Source of the DNA: a virus
Length of the DNA: 64,000 bases
Virus record (IMG/VR): IMGVR_UViG_3300032087_005453
Location: 1-64,000 of that record
Reading direction: 5' to 3' (one strand)
Both the position numbers and the translations under genes were made by a program. Positions 25,640 to 36,171 of the stretch are shown here, in pieces. The number at the start of each line of letters is the position of its first letter. Within the stretch, counting starts at the first letter, position 1. The notes beneath the pieces were generated by a model. That model did not search any database. It was given only the letters and a program-made list of their open reading frames with translations, and was not told the DNA's origin.

Positions 25640-26669
25640 CCGCCAGCATCTCTCTAACTTGATCTTCTACTTCTGTGTAGACAGACTTATTTTCGACCAG
25701 AAAGTCGTAGATTTTTGCTTGACCTTGGAACTTGGGTGCTTCTTCATAACCTTCTCTGCCCTCCAAGAATGGAAGACTGTACCAAGCACCAGCTTTGTCG
25801 ACAATACCAAAAGATTCAGCAAGTTCGATGATTTCTTTTTCTTTGTCGATACCTTTGTTGTATTTTAAGTAGCTAATACACTCAGCACCAGAAGCACCCA
25901 TAGACGAACAGCTAATCTTCCAGTGAATCAATTGACCTACCTTTTTACCGCCTTCTTCCCAAGGTTCTATTCGGGCAACATCCAGTCTAGTATCCGCTTG
26001 ATATTGCACCATGACACCACAGTCTGGAACTTTGATTTTGCCATATCCACTTGTGTTTGTGATGTAGTGTGTAATGATCACTACGATGATCTTATTTTTG
26101 ACCACCGTCTGAGCGTTCTTTTTAATCCAGTGGCTTAGGAGGCGAGGTAGGTTGTTTCTGATGTTACCAGAGGCGTCTTGCTCAAGTTCTGCTCGTGGCA
26201 CGAGAGATGAGCATGAATCGATAACGCAAACAGCACCTTTGTTTTCTGGACGCTTGATTAGGTTTTCAGCAATCTTAAGAAAATCCTCAGCAGCAAGCGA
26301 TTCACCTTCTTCTGGACTATGAACAACCTGAATCTTATCAAGATCCAAACCTTCTGTTCCAACCAGATTGTATACCTTCAGGCGACTTTCTCCATCTACA
26401 TAAACCACAGGTCGTCCATCATCCTGTGCGTTCTTGCAAATCTGTAAACAAGTGCTACTCTTTCCAGTCTTGGGGTCTCCGCTAATAATTGTCCAGCTAC
26501 CCTCCAATAGACCACCATTTAGTGCTAGGTCAAGACTGGGACTAACCGTAAGTGGTTTTAGCTCTTTTCTGGCTGAGACCAATTCTGATCCAGCAGATAA
26601 TACTTTTCCAAATTCTTTTTCAATAGCCTTATCTGTACTAAGGTCAACTTTCTTTTTTGCTTTTGCCAT
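25632..26669 (-). CDS. recA: RecA/UvsX-like recombinase
   Basis: SLDLALNGG, GDPKTGKS, YVDGE, IDS..LVPRAEL, KAGAWY. Confidence 0.9.
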   Translation of the reverse strand: MAKAKKKVDLSTDKAIEKEFGKVLSAGSELVSARKELKPLTVSPSLDLALNGGLLEGSWTIISGDPKTGKSSTCLQICKNAQDDGRPVVYVDGESRLKVYNLVGTEGLDLDKIQVVHSPEEGESLAAEDFLKIAENLIKRPENKGAVCVIDSCSSLVPRAELEQDASGNIRNNLPRLLSHWIKKNAQTVVKNKIIVVIITHYITNTSGYGKIKVPDCGVMVQYQADTRLDVARIEPWEEGGKKVGQLIHWKISCSSMGASGAECISYLKYNKGIDKEKEIIELAESFGIVDKAGAWYSLPFLEGREGYEEAPKFQGQAKIYDFLVENKSVYTEVEDQVREMLADV

Positions 26670-26672
26670 AAA

Positions 26673-27188
26673 TCACAAGTCCTTCAATATGTTTTTCTTT
26701 TTATTGCCAAATGGTTTAGAAACTTCAATTTTTTCCTGCTCAGACTCAAGCAGTTCTGTATCCTTTCTTTGCCTTTCATAATACTCAATTATTGGCGTTA
26801 GCTTTTTTATGTTCTCCTTCTTGGATAGCTTGAGAATGTACTTTGCTCTATTTGATTGTATCGCTTGAGCAACCGAAAGTACATGATATTTCTTCAATAA
26901 TTTATTAGCTGCGATAACTTCACCTTTATAGGCACCATGCAGTCGATTTCCTGTAAGCCAGAATTGTTCAGCATTCTTGCCGGAATTAAATGCTTCGCTG
27001 CGTTTTTTGAATATCAATTCGGCTATATAATTACCAGCATTGATATATCCTTCTTTGTACATAGACTTAAAAGGATATTTTTCACTTTGTTTATGGACTT
27101 TAGTCTTTTTAGTCTTTGATTGTATGGATGTGTCCTTTGAGTTTTCCTGACAAGACGTTGTCTTTTGCTTTTCTGTTTGATTCTCCAA
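26673..27188 (-). CDS. Hypothetical protein (start uncertain)
   Basis: Long ORF in the co-directional operon. Confidence 0.55.
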   Translation of the reverse strand: MENQTEKQKTTSCQENSKDTSIQSKTKKTKVHKQSEKYPFKSMYKEGYINAGNYIAELIFKKRSEAFNSGKNAEQFWLTGNRLHGAYKGEVIAANKLLKKYHVLSVAQAIQSNRAKYILKLSKKENIKKLTPIIEYYERQRKDTELLESEQEKIEVSKPFGNKKKNILKDL

Positions 27189-27432
27189 CTTCTGATGCCT
27201 CCCGAGTCATAACTGTATAACCTCTTTGTTTATTACTAACCATAAGATCTCCAGCAGAAATACTATCAGATTCTTGCTTGCTTGTCAAGCATTCATCATA
27301 GTATTTTTGTATAACAGATGGCGATCTTCTTAAGTCTTTTGCTACAGCTTCCATATCGACTGATTCACAATTTTGCTCAATGTAAAATTTTTCAGCCTTG
27401 GTCAGTGGCTTTGTTGCTCTTTTTTTCGGCAT
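27109..27432 (-). CDS. Hypothetical protein, possible HTH
   Basis: EAVAKDLRRSPSVIQKY is HTH-like. Confidence 0.6.
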   Translation of the reverse strand: MPKKRATKPLTKAEKFYIEQNCESVDMEAVAKDLRRSPSVIQKYYDECLTSKQESDSISAGDLMVSNKQRGYTVMTREASEVGESNRKAKDNVLSGKLKGHIHTIKD

Positions 27433-27658
27433 TTGAAATTTCTTTCTTTAATGAATAATGAATTTTTTCTAATTTGATTTTAAGATCTTGAAGTGCATCA
27501 ACATAGGATGGACTTACGTCTTCGTATTCAAGCTGGAACCCACCAGCAATTGCCTGTAATTCCTCATTGCTTAAAGTTTTAATGTATGATACTGGAGACC
27601 CCTCACTCAGTTCCACCAAGCAAGGGGTTATCAGTAGTACCGTCTTGTACTCAGCCAT
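27392..27658 (-). CDS. Hypothetical protein
   Basis: Coupled ORF with GGAGG upstream. Confidence 0.55.
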   Translation of the reverse strand: MAEYKTVLLITPCLVELSEGSPVSYIKTLSNEELQAIAGGFQLEYEDVSPSYVDALQDLKIKLEKIHYSLKKEISNAEKKSNKATDQG

Positions 27659-27989
27659 TTTCTATGAACCTCCTCCGTTGAGAGTCGTTCATTCCATTGA
27701 TTTTAGAATGCATCTCCTTTCGAGCTTCCTTCATGGCTGTTTTTTTGGAATCCTTATCCTTAAGAGTTCTTTCCTGAACTTCTTGTTTTCCAAGTTTCTT
27801 CGCATTTCGCTCGGATAGTTGACCAAGTGTTGTTGCTTCTTGTTTTACAAATACCGTAGGAGCAAATAGTACCCTCTCTAAAGTATTTCTGCCACACGCA
27901 TCGCACTTTACCAACGGTTTGTCTTTGATTGACTGCTGAACATCACACAGTTCATAATCGCAGTCCGAGCATTTATAATCATATAACAT
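27651..27989 (-). CDS. FmdB-family zinc-ribbon protein
   Basis: YDYKCSDC..CDACG..LERV. Confidence 0.8.
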   Translation of the reverse strand: MLYDYKCSDCDYELCDVQQSIKDKPLVKCDACGRNTLERVLFAPTVFVKQEATTLGQLSERNAKKLGKQEVQERTLKDKDSKKTAMKEARKEMHSKINGMNDSQRRRFIENG

Positions 27990-27990
27990 A

Positions 27991-28662
27991 TTATTCCTCT
28001 AATGCTTTTAGAACTTCTCCTAGAATTCCATTTCTTTGAATATCATCATATGTCAATTCACAATTGGCAACTCCATTAATATGCTGTAACTTTTCAATTA
28101 TTGTTTGAAGTCCACTTTTTGATTTGATATCAGTTTGTTTAGTGTCACCATTGATCAAAACCTTGCTATTTTCACCCATTCTGGTTATAAACATTTTGAT
28201 TTGATCAAGAGTACAGTTTTGAGCCTCATCCAATATCATATAGGTATTATGAAATGTTGCTCCTCTCATAACCTCTAAAGGCTTAAACTGTATTTGATCA
28301 TTGTTAAAATAATGACCATAAAAAACTTGTGTCAGGAAATACTTAATATTTTCCTGCATTGGTAGTAAATAAGGTGCAATCTTATCAGAAAGTTCACCGG
28401 GAAGTGAACCAATATCTCTACCCGCACAAACCAAAGGTCGGGAAATAATTATTTTTTCTATTTCACCATTATGTAGAGCATGTGATGCCATACCAGAAGC
28501 AATAAAGCTTTTGCCACTTCCAGAAGGACCGGAACAAAATATTATAGAGTTTCCGGCAAAGGATTTGATATATTTTTTTTGATTTTCTGTTTTTGCTTCT
28601 AAAGGAATAATGGATTTATGCGAATTAGAATTTGTGCTTCTCTTTCTTGATTTTCTCTTCAT
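27991..28662 (-). CDS. phoH: PhoH-like ATPase
   Basis: GPSGSGKS, LPG, MRGATF, LDEAQN, TRMGENSK..GDTKQTD. Confidence 0.93.
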   Translation of the reverse strand: MKRKSRKRSTNSNSHKSIIPLEAKTENQKKYIKSFAGNSIIFCSGPSGSGKSFIASGMASHALHNGEIEKIIISRPLVCAGRDIGSLPGELSDKIAPYLLPMQENIKYFLTQVFYGHYFNNDQIQFKPLEVMRGATFHNTYMILDEAQNCTLDQIKMFITRMGENSKVLINGDTKQTDIKSKSGLQTIIEKLQHINGVANCELTYDDIQRNGILGEVLKALEE

Positions 28663-28674
28663 CGAGATCTTTCG

Positions 28675-29955
28675 CTAAACCGGGTTCTTTTTGGACGACC
28701 AGAATTTACAACTCCAGTATTTTGCCTTCCATTTTGGACCTGGGCTTACATCACACTTGTGTCTTGCTCTAAAAGATTTGCGTCTAGCAGGGTCATCACG
28801 TTTGATTTCCATGTTTGGATCGCCAAAGTTAACCTTAACCACATTACCTTTGTCGTTTTTCACATAAACAGAAAACTTCTTTGGTCCTTTTGGTGTTCTG
28901 AAAGGCTTATTTAAAGTAACCTTTTTGCCTTGATACTCGGAGGCTTTAACAAGTTTCAAAACTCTACCATCTTTTTTGTATAAACCTTTTCGTCTGTACG
29001 TAAAGATTTCTCCAGTTTTTGGGTCTTCATACTTATAAACAGCTTCAGCCTTTGATCTCCTTGGATGCCCTTTTGGTAAAAGATCATTATCTTGTGTATA
29101 TGCTGAATTAGATGGTTTTCCGGTTCTAAGCAGTGTAAGAAAAGCATTTACCCTAGCCATAGCCCATCCATCTCTGGACATCTTAGGGGCATGACTTGTA
29201 GAATAAGCTCCAGCACCTCTACGATAAACAGCTTTGAGCATACCAAGAGTTGCCTTTGAACCTTTACCCTTAGCATTGTGTTCTTTAACTTTTTTAGAAA
29301 GTTTTGCTATAGTCTGCTTGCTAAAAGTGATCTTACCTCTAGGATCTTTAGCACTACCCGGCTTATTCTTCTTAGAACCTTTCTTTCGATCTTTCTTTGG
29401 TGCGGGAGTTCTACGAGGGTCATTTTTTCCGGGTTTGTCAGCTTTTGTATGAGTATAACCCATCTTCTTCATCCGTAAATGATCTTCATATGTTTTAGCC
29501 TCATAAGGCTTTCCATCCTTGTCGTACATAATATGAGGCTTAAAGTCTTTTTGGTTTTTAGCCCTTTTCCAAGATTCTGGATCTGGACGATCAGGATCTC
29601 CCGGCTTTGCAGCTTTGTAATCGTCGCCCTGTCTTTCTTTTTTCTTTCTGATATTTTCCCACAATCCGGGCTTGTTGGCGAAAGTATACTCTTCAGCTTC
29701 TTCACCAAAATCTAAATATTCATTTTCATCTGGAATATAAGCTTCTGATTCATCTAAAATAATTTCAGTTGAACCAAAAGTATTTTCGTAATGACTATCA
29801 GAAATACGTGCAGAAACAGAACTTTTAGAAGATGTTTGACAAACGGCAAATCTTTGACCTTTGTCTGGATATTCTGAATTCATTATTGAATCAGACATAC
29901 ATCTTAACATAAAATCATCACGATCTTCATCGTCTCTTCTTTTAGGAATTGGCAT
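28675..29955 (-). CDS. Basic multi-module phage protein of unknown function
   Basis: Start MPIPKR after a GAAAG RBS; several short modules (GLWENIRKK, VYRRGAGAY..WAMARVNAFL, VNFGDPNM..RKSFRARHKC..YWSC). Confidence 0.7.
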   Translation of the reverse strand: MPIPKRRDDEDRDDFMLRCMSDSIMNSEYPDKGQRFAVCQTSSKSSVSARISDSHYENTFGSTEIILDESEAYIPDENEYLDFGEEAEEYTFANKPGLWENIRKKKERQGDDYKAAKPGDPDRPDPESWKRAKNQKDFKPHIMYDKDGKPYEAKTYEDHLRMKKMGYTHTKADKPGKNDPRRTPAPKKDRKKGSKKNKPGSAKDPRGKITFSKQTIAKLSKKVKEHNAKGKGSKATLGMLKAVYRRGAGAYSTSHAPKMSRDGWAMARVNAFLTLLRTGKPSNSAYTQDNDLLPKGHPRRSKAEAVYKYEDPKTGEIFTYRRKGLYKKDGRVLKLVKASEYQGKKVTLNKPFRTPKGPKKFSVYVKNDKGNVVKVNFGDPNMEIKRDDPARRKSFRARHKCDVSPGPKWKAKYWSCKFWSSKKNPV

Positions 29956-30409
29956 TATCGTCACTTTCTTTAATAAATACGCCATCTTGCATCCTACCCT
30001 TACGGTCCTTGATATCATCCCAAGCTTTAGACAAACAATCAGCTAAGGATAATCCGTTTCTTTCTGCTATATTAATCAGGACGACCATCATATCGCCAAT
30101 ATCATCCGCAACACTTTTACCTTTACAGATGCTATCTGATAGTTCACCCGCCTCTTGAATGAGTTTACAATACTGATCTTTATCTGTAGCACCTTCAATC
30201 AGATTGCGATCATGATGCCACTGAGTAATTTTTTCTACAAAGTCATCAGTTTCACTGATGGGAATTATAACTGTATCAGAACAAGATTTAGTACAAGTTA
30301 CAGATTCTTCAAGTTTACCATTCTGGAGTTCATGAAGTTGTGCCATACGAGCCTGTTGATCATTGCATACACAACTATTATTTTTCCCGTAACCGCCATA
30401 CATTCTCAT
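29942..30409 (-). CDS. MazG-like NTP pyrophosphohydrolase
   Basis: KLIQEAGEL..DDIGD, AWDDIKDRKG..GVFIKE. Confidence 0.85.
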   Translation of the reverse strand: MRMYGGYGKNNSCVCNDQQARMAQLHELQNGKLEESVTCTKSCSDTVIIPISETDDFVEKITQWHHDRNLIEGATDKDQYCKLIQEAGELSDSICKGKSVADDIGDMMVVLINIAERNGLSLADCLSKAWDDIKDRKGRMQDGVFIKESDDNANS

Positions 30410-31479
30410 AACTGAAAACCTCCAAGATCCATATCTTCTAAGTCATTTTTACTGGCACCAATTTTGTAACTTGTGATTTCGTGTTCTTGTGGTGCAACCT
30501 GAACACTTTCACTATTCATCCAACTATCTGTCCATCCAGAAATAGGGTTCTTGAAACCAGTTTCGTAAGGCAGACCAATAGCTTTTCTTCTAGAATGACA
30601 CAACCAATCAATATACTGGTGTAAAACAGCCTCATTGAGACCTATAATACTACCATCTTTAAAGAGATAGCTGGCCCATCTTTTTTCTTCTTCAGCAGCA
30701 GATTCGAACATTTTACAGGCATCTTCTTCACATTCTTTTGCCACTGAAGTAAAGCCTTCTTCTTCTACGGTATTCAAGATCTTTAGGATCTCTTGAGTAT
30801 TATATAGGTGAAGTGCTTCGTCTCTTTTGATTAGCTTAATAATGTCGGCATTGCCTACCATTTTTTTGTTTTCAGCAAAAGCAAAAGAACAGATGAAAGA
30901 TACGTAGAATCTAATGGCTTCCAAAATGTTAATCGAAACAATTGTCATATAGATTTGCTTCTTGATTTCCTTCGTGGAATTCTTAGAGCAAGCCATACCC
31001 ATCAAATTATTATAGTCCTCAATAGCAACTTTTGCTCTTTTAATAATCTCCTTATCGTCATAAATTCCCCCAAATACCTCTCTTGAGTCGGGGTAGACAT
31101 TTTGAATAATGTAGCTATAACTTTGTGAGTGAATCTTTTCAAAGAACTGCCATGTCATGAGACATGCTTCTAGTTCTGTATTTGTTACAAACTCAAGGAG
31201 TGTAGGAACTCCACGGCAAATGACACTGTCGAGCATAGTCTGATACTTGAGATTAGATGTAAAAATAAACTTTTCATTCTCGCTCATCTCAAGGAAGTCA
31301 TTCCTATCCTTTTTTAATTCAATCTCTTCAGGCCGCCAGAAATTCATCATCTGACGACTATCTAAGTCTTTAAAAACCGGATATTTAATAACGTCAAATC
31401 GTTGCACACCCAAATCTTTGCCCAAGAAAAGAGGTTGTGTCATCGGATCAATATTTTTTAGATTGAAAATAGTTCTCAT
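30406..31479 (-). CDS. nrdB: Ribonucleotide reductase class Ia beta subunit
   Basis: FWRPEE, LDSV, EKIHSQSY, EAIRFYVSF, RDEALH, VAPQE.EITSY. Confidence 0.95.
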   Translation of the reverse strand: MRTIFNLKNIDPMTQPLFLGKDLGVQRFDVIKYPVFKDLDSRQMMNFWRPEEIELKKDRNDFLEMSENEKFIFTSNLKYQTMLDSVICRGVPTLLEFVTNTELEACLMTWQFFEKIHSQSYSYIIQNVYPDSREVFGGIYDDKEIIKRAKVAIEDYNNLMGMACSKNSTKEIKKQIYMTIVSINILEAIRFYVSFICSFAFAENKKMVGNADIIKLIKRDEALHLYNTQEILKILNTVEEEGFTSVAKECEEDACKMFESAAEEEKRWASYLFKDGSIIGLNEAVLHQYIDWLCHSRRKAIGLPYETGFKNPISGWTDSWMNSESVQVAPQEHEITSYKIGASKNDLEDMDLGGFQL

Positions 31480-31488
31480 CGTTATCAC

Positions 31489-31878
31489 CTACCTAGCAAA
31501 TGTAAAAAAATCAACAAACTTATCAAAATATAAACCTAGTAGAAAAGTTCCAATTGGCAAACCTGTGATAGCGAGAAAGAATCCTGCTTTAAATTTAGAT
31601 AAAGAATTACTTAATATAAAATTTTTAGCAGATATTTTAGCTGCTTCTGTAAGAAATTCATTTCTTTCTTCTACAGCTTTTTTAACATCAATTGGTTTTC
31701 CGTGAATACAATATTCTGGTTGCTCATCGGCCCTAGCTAATGCCTGACGAATGGCTCTTTCTGTGAACAGCATTTTCTGACCTTTGCCGGTGTGAATAAA
31801 AAAGTAATACTGGTCAACACCATTATATGTTCTTTTATTTTTAACACGATATAAGAATGAAGGAAAAAGATGCTTCAT
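31489..31878 (-). CDS. Hypothetical membrane protein between nrdA and nrdB
   Basis: C-terminal hydrophobic segment; GAAAGG RBS. Confidence 0.65.
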   Translation of the reverse strand: MKHLFPSFLYRVKNKRTYNGVDQYYFFIHTGKGQKMLFTERAIRQALARADEQPEYCIHGKPIDVKKAVEERNEFLTEAAKISAKNFILSNSLSKFKAGFFLAITGLPIGTFLLGLYFDKFVDFFTFAR

Positions 31879-31901
31879 GCTTTACCTTTCTAAAATATGG
31901 A

Positions 31902-34154
31902 TTAGATTGAGCAAGCCCCACCTGCACAGCCAGAGTCGTCATCAATATCCGATGTCATATTCTTTTCAGTCTCTCCGTCACCATCAGGCGTATTGCAATA
32001 GTATAGATTCTTTATTCCATGTTTAAAAGCATAAATCTGATCTTTAATCAAAACACTCAAAGGAATATTGCCATTGTCGTAATGACTGTAGTTATAGTAA
32101 AGATTTAAGCTAATTGACATATCTACAAACTTCTGGATAACAGAAGCAATATCAATCATACCTTTATTGCTGGTCATTTCCCAAGCTTGAGTATAATATT
32201 TTTTCTTGCTGGAAAAGTTTGGAACCAACTGCTTAAGGACTCCGTTTTTAGCTTTCTTGTATGACAAAAGACTTCTTACAGGCTCAATACCATTAGTACT
32301 GTTTTGGATAACAGAACTACTTTCACATGGCATAATTGCTGATAAAGTGGAGTGTCTTAGGCCAAATTCCTTAATTCTTCCACGAAGACCTTCCCAATCC
32401 ATTTTGTATTCAACCTTAACAAGATCGTCAACAGACTTATTGTACCAATCAATGGGGAGAAGTCCATCAGCATATTTAGTTTCATTGAATTTAGGGCATG
32501 GTCCTTTTTCTTCAGCGAGCTTGCACGATTCACTAATAAGGTTATACTGGATCTCTTCCATGATCTCATGAACAAGAACGAGTGCCTGTGGATCATCGTA
32601 TGTTAGTTTATTTTTAGCGAGAAATCCCGCAAGGTTGGTGACACCAATACCAAGAGATCTACGATTCTTTGTAAAGTTTTCTCCAGCTTTAACTGGATAA
32701 TCTTGATAATCAATGATTGCCTCAAGAGAACGAACTGCTGCGGCACATGCTGTTTGAATTGCTCTACTACCCGTCATTTCAATTAAGTTAATTGCCGATA
32801 GCATACAAATACCGATCTCTCCCTCTTCATCTTCAATCGAAGTGATTGGTTTTGTTGGGTGGAGGATTTCCTGACAAAGATTACTCATCCGTACAGGAAC
32901 ATTCCAAGAACTGTGTTCATTGGCGTTGTCAATATTCATAGCATAGATTCTACCAGTTTCGAGTCGCTCACGACTGTAAATCTCAGCAAGCTTGACGGCA
33001 GGAATCTTCTTTCGGAATAGTAGACCTCTTGCGTTTTCGTACTTCTTGTACAGTTCTTCAAACTTTTCATTATCGCCAAATGCCTCATAAAGATCTGGCA
33101 CTTCATTTGGACTGAACAGAGAAATTGTTTCATTAGCGATCAGTCTCTCATAGAATAGCTTACAAAACTGCACAGAGTAATCAAGCTTACGAACTCTATT
33201 GTCGTCAGTTCCAGCATTGTTCTTTAGCTGAACAACATCTTGAATCTCATAATGCCAAAATGGAATGTGAACTGTCGCACTCCCGCCGCGAATACCGTTT
33301 TGAGATGTAGACTTAACAGCACTCTCAAAATTCTTCAGATATGGAATGAGTCCGGTGTGAATGACTTCGCCACCACGAATCGGAGAATTAATTGGGCGAA
33401 TACGACCAATATTCAGTCCGATACCAGCACGGCGAGCCGTGTAGCGACCAACAGCGTGTACTGAAGAGAAGATACTGTCAAGATCGTCGTCAACATCAAC
33501 CAAAACACAGCTTGCGAACTGACGAATGGAAGTTCTAACTCCAGCCATGATCGGAGTTGGAAGGTTGACTTTGAACGTTGAGTATGTATCATATGCTTTT
33601 TTGACAGACTTAACATCGTCAAACAGACACATAGCAATTAGCATATATGCAATCTGTGGTGTTTCGTAGATAACTCCGGTGGATCTGTTCTTGACAAGAT
33701 ACTTGTCAACCATCTGCTGAAGACCGGAATATGTAAACAGATCATCTCTATCATGTACAATGTGCGATCCAATCTTTTTGATATCGCCCTCGCTCCACTT
33801 CTCTAGAATCTGAGGATCATAGATTCCATTATCGACATTCAACTGAATTTGATGTAGAAGACTGGGAGGTGTTGTTGCGTGACCCCAAACATCTTTTCTG
33901 AGGTCCATATTCAGCAACTTGGCGGCAACGTATTGGTAGTTTGGATTATCTTCTGAGATTAGATCGCTAGAAGACTTGATCAAGATCTTATGAATATCCT
34001 TAGAGCTAATGCCATCAAATAAAGAGAGTCTTGCATTCATTGCAATTTCAGAAAACGACACTCCGTTTATTCCGTCAGTCGCCCATTCTAAAACCTTATG
34101 GATCTTGTCAACATCGTAATCTTCAAGTGATCCATTTCTCTTCTTTATTTGCAT
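31902..34154 (-). CDS. nrdA: Ribonucleotide reductase class Ia alpha subunit (ATP cone)
   Basis: IKKRNG ATP cone, PTPIMAG, QFASC, SNLCQEI, MPCESSS, C-terminal CAGGAC. Confidence 0.96.
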   Translation of the reverse strand: MQIKKRNGSLEDYDVDKIHKVLEWATDGINGVSFSEIAMNARLSLFDGISSKDIHKILIKSSSDLISEDNPNYQYVAAKLLNMDLRKDVWGHATTPPSLLHQIQLNVDNGIYDPQILEKWSEGDIKKIGSHIVHDRDDLFTYSGLQQMVDKYLVKNRSTGVIYETPQIAYMLIAMCLFDDVKSVKKAYDTYSTFKVNLPTPIMAGVRTSIRQFASCVLVDVDDDLDSIFSSVHAVGRYTARRAGIGLNIGRIRPINSPIRGGEVIHTGLIPYLKNFESAVKSTSQNGIRGGSATVHIPFWHYEIQDVVQLKNNAGTDDNRVRKLDYSVQFCKLFYERLIANETISLFSPNEVPDLYEAFGDNEKFEELYKKYENARGLLFRKKIPAVKLAEIYSRERLETGRIYAMNIDNANEHSSWNVPVRMSNLCQEILHPTKPITSIEDEEGEIGICMLSAINLIEMTGSRAIQTACAAAVRSLEAIIDYQDYPVKAGENFTKNRRSLGIGVTNLAGFLAKNKLTYDDPQALVLVHEIMEEIQYNLISESCKLAEEKGPCPKFNETKYADGLLPIDWYNKSVDDLVKVEYKMDWEGLRGRIKEFGLRHSTLSAIMPCESSSVIQNSTNGIEPVRSLLSYKKAKNGVLKQLVPNFSSKKKYYTQAWEMTSNKGMIDIASVIQKFVDMSISLNLYYNYSHYDNGNIPLSVLIKDQIYAFKHGIKNLYYCNTPDGDGETEKNMTSDIDDDSGCAGGACSI

Positions 34155-34179
34155 TGTACGACTTTCAAAATATAGGGAT

Positions 34180-34208
34180 AAAAAATACCAGCAGATTGCT
34201 CCGCTGGT
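34180..34208 (-). terminator. Intrinsic terminator upstream of nrdA
   Basis: Minus strand ACCAGCGG-AGCAAT-CTGCTGGT-ATTTTTT. Confidence 0.7.
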
Positions 34209-34235
34209 TAAGTTGTACTAAGTTTTATTATGCTG

Positions 34236-34520
34236 TCAACTAATCTGTTCGTAAGTAAATGGAATATCTGGAAAGTTGTCTAATTCCAAAACCCCACCTT
34301 TGTCGGAAAAATGTACACCAGAAAGCTTGATAGAAAATGATATAATTTTCTTGATTGAAATAACAGGCTGGTTTTTTGGAAAAGAGACAACGACTGATGT
34401 ATCATTTTTTTTAATATTGATGTCAGTATCTTTATCACATTTTATCTTAAAACCTCTTACTGAAAATCCATCCTCAGAAAATATTTGATCAACTATTTTG
34501 AATATTTCATCAAATGTCAT
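34236..34520 (-). CDS. Hypothetical protein
   Basis: Coupled 94-aa ORF. Confidence 0.6.
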   Translation of the reverse strand: MTFDEIFKIVDQIFSEDGFSVRGFKIKCDKDTDINIKKNDTSVVVSFPKNQPVISIKKIISFSIKLSGVHFSDKGGVLELDNFPDIPFTYEQIS

Positions 34521-35257
34521 TGCTGATACGCCTTGAGTTTATTCAATACAAATTCAGCAGTACATCCTCCAACCCAAAATTCTTTGAATTGCCCATTAAC
34601 CTCTATTACAAACTGTGGTATGCTAGTGCTCTTAGTTAGTTTTACATTTTCTGACCATCTTTTTTTATCTTTATCAATATCTACGACCTCATAATTAGAA
34701 AAACTTTTTCTGACTTTAGGAAGTTCGTTTTTCTTAAAAACCTGACAAGGCCCACACCAAGAAGCAGAAAATATAACCAACTTAACTTTTGCTTTTAGAA
34801 GTGCATCTAAATCTCTCATTAGATTAGATTCTATAGTGGCTACATCCTTTTCACATCCACAATTAACACAGTCACATCGGCCATCAGTGCAATTACATGT
34901 ACCATTATTATAGCACTTGCAGTCAGATGATTCACTGGTATTTTGGTCTGAAGATCCACTTTTGACGCAATTACATATACCATCACCTTCGTTAAAACAC
35001 TGACATGGCGTTTTATGTCCGTCGCCATGAATCATGACTTTACTTCCGTCGCAGTCACATTTAGTTACTGGATCTGGTGTAGGAGGATCTGGTGTGTCTG
35101 AAGATTCTGTTGATTGAACAATAAATGATATATAACCTTCATTTTTAACTTCGTCAAACTGAAACACATTTCTGTCGTCAGCATTTAATACAAACATATC
35201 AAATGGAATAAAAGAAATTAACAGTAGGACTAATATTGTTATAGATTTTCTATTCAT
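34517..35257 (-). CDS. Exported/membrane-anchored thioredoxin with Cys-rich linker
   Basis: N-terminal hydrophobic signal, metallothionein-like CxC repeats, FSASWCGPC and cis-Pro IPQF. Confidence 0.82.
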   Translation of the reverse strand: MNRKSITILVLLLISFIPFDMFVLNADDRNVFQFDEVKNEGYISFIVQSTESSDTPDPPTPDPVTKCDCDGSKVMIHGDGHKTPCQCFNEGDGICNCVKSGSSDQNTSESSDCKCYNNGTCNCTDGRCDCVNCGCEKDVATIESNLMRDLDALLKAKVKLVIFSASWCGPCQVFKKNELPKVRKSFSNYEVVDIDKDKKRWSENVKLTKSTSIPQFVIEVNGQFKEFWVGGCTAEFVLNKLKAYQQ

Positions 35258-36171
35258 TAGATTATCCTTGTGTTTAGCTTATTAACTCTTTTTTCGAATC
35301 CATCATAACCACTGTACGCCCAACAATCACCAGTTTTTAGAATTTTTCTTTCGATATCATCTGCATCAACCCAGAAAGATCCATCCGGTTGATTATTTCT
35401 TTTTGGACCTCCATTCCATTTTCCCCAACTATTTTGTACTAAAACGCCAGGTCTTTTGTAAGCATCGTCAACACCAAGAATACACATTTGATGATGCCAT
35501 GTACCTTGAGGTCTAGCGAATCCCTCTGAATCTCTTCTTGATGAAAATCCTTGGCTACTTGCTATAGTAACAGCATAGCCATTAGCAATTAAATCTCTAA
35601 CTTCATTATAGCTTCTTACTTGAGATACCGTAATAACCGGGTGGTCTTTGACAATTTCTACAAATTCTTGAGGTAACTTATATCCTTTTCTACCCCAAGT
35701 TCTGGCTTTACTTCCTGAATAATTTGTTAAATCAATATTTCCATATTGTGCTCTTGGCAAGGCACCATATTGATTTACATATTTTGCAGCCCAAATACCA
35801 AATGAGCCATCACTATTACCAAGTCTACCTTTGCCAATAACGTTTCTACTACCCCAATAAATATCTTCAGTTGATGTTCTAGCAACCCACTTTTCGTTTT
35901 CACCCTTTATAAAAATATCCACACATTTGATCGCATCAACAGCATATGCCGCACCATGAGCAACACAGTCGCCAATAGTTTGCTTTCTTATTGGAAAACT
36001 TCCGGAAACCTTTTCGATGATATCGTACAGTAACACCTTTTTGTTTTTGCCAGAATCCTTTTTTATTTGAGAATGAATATCCGAAAAAACAGGAAATGGG
36101 AGGCTTTCCATCGCCTGCTCCACTTCCTGCGGGTCATCAATCCATCCACATAAATCGGATAGGTCACTCAT
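35257..36171 (-). CDS. Papain-like (C1) cysteine peptidase
   Basis: QTIGDCVA (oxyanion Gln and catalytic Cys), WHHQM (His), QNSWG (Asn). Confidence 0.85.
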   Translation of the reverse strand: MSDLSDLCGWIDDPQEVEQAMESLPFPVFSDIHSQIKKDSGKNKKVLLYDIIEKVSGSFPIRKQTIGDCVAHGAAYAVDAIKCVDIFIKGENEKWVARTSTEDIYWGSRNVIGKGRLGNSDGSFGIWAAKYVNQYGALPRAQYGNIDLTNYSGSKARTWGRKGYKLPQEFVEIVKDHPVITVSQVRSYNEVRDLIANGYAVTIASSQGFSSRRDSEGFARPQGTWHHQMCILGVDDAYKRPGVLVQNSWGKWNGGPKRNNQPDGSFWVDADDIERKILKTGDCWAYSGYDGFEKRVNKLNTRII

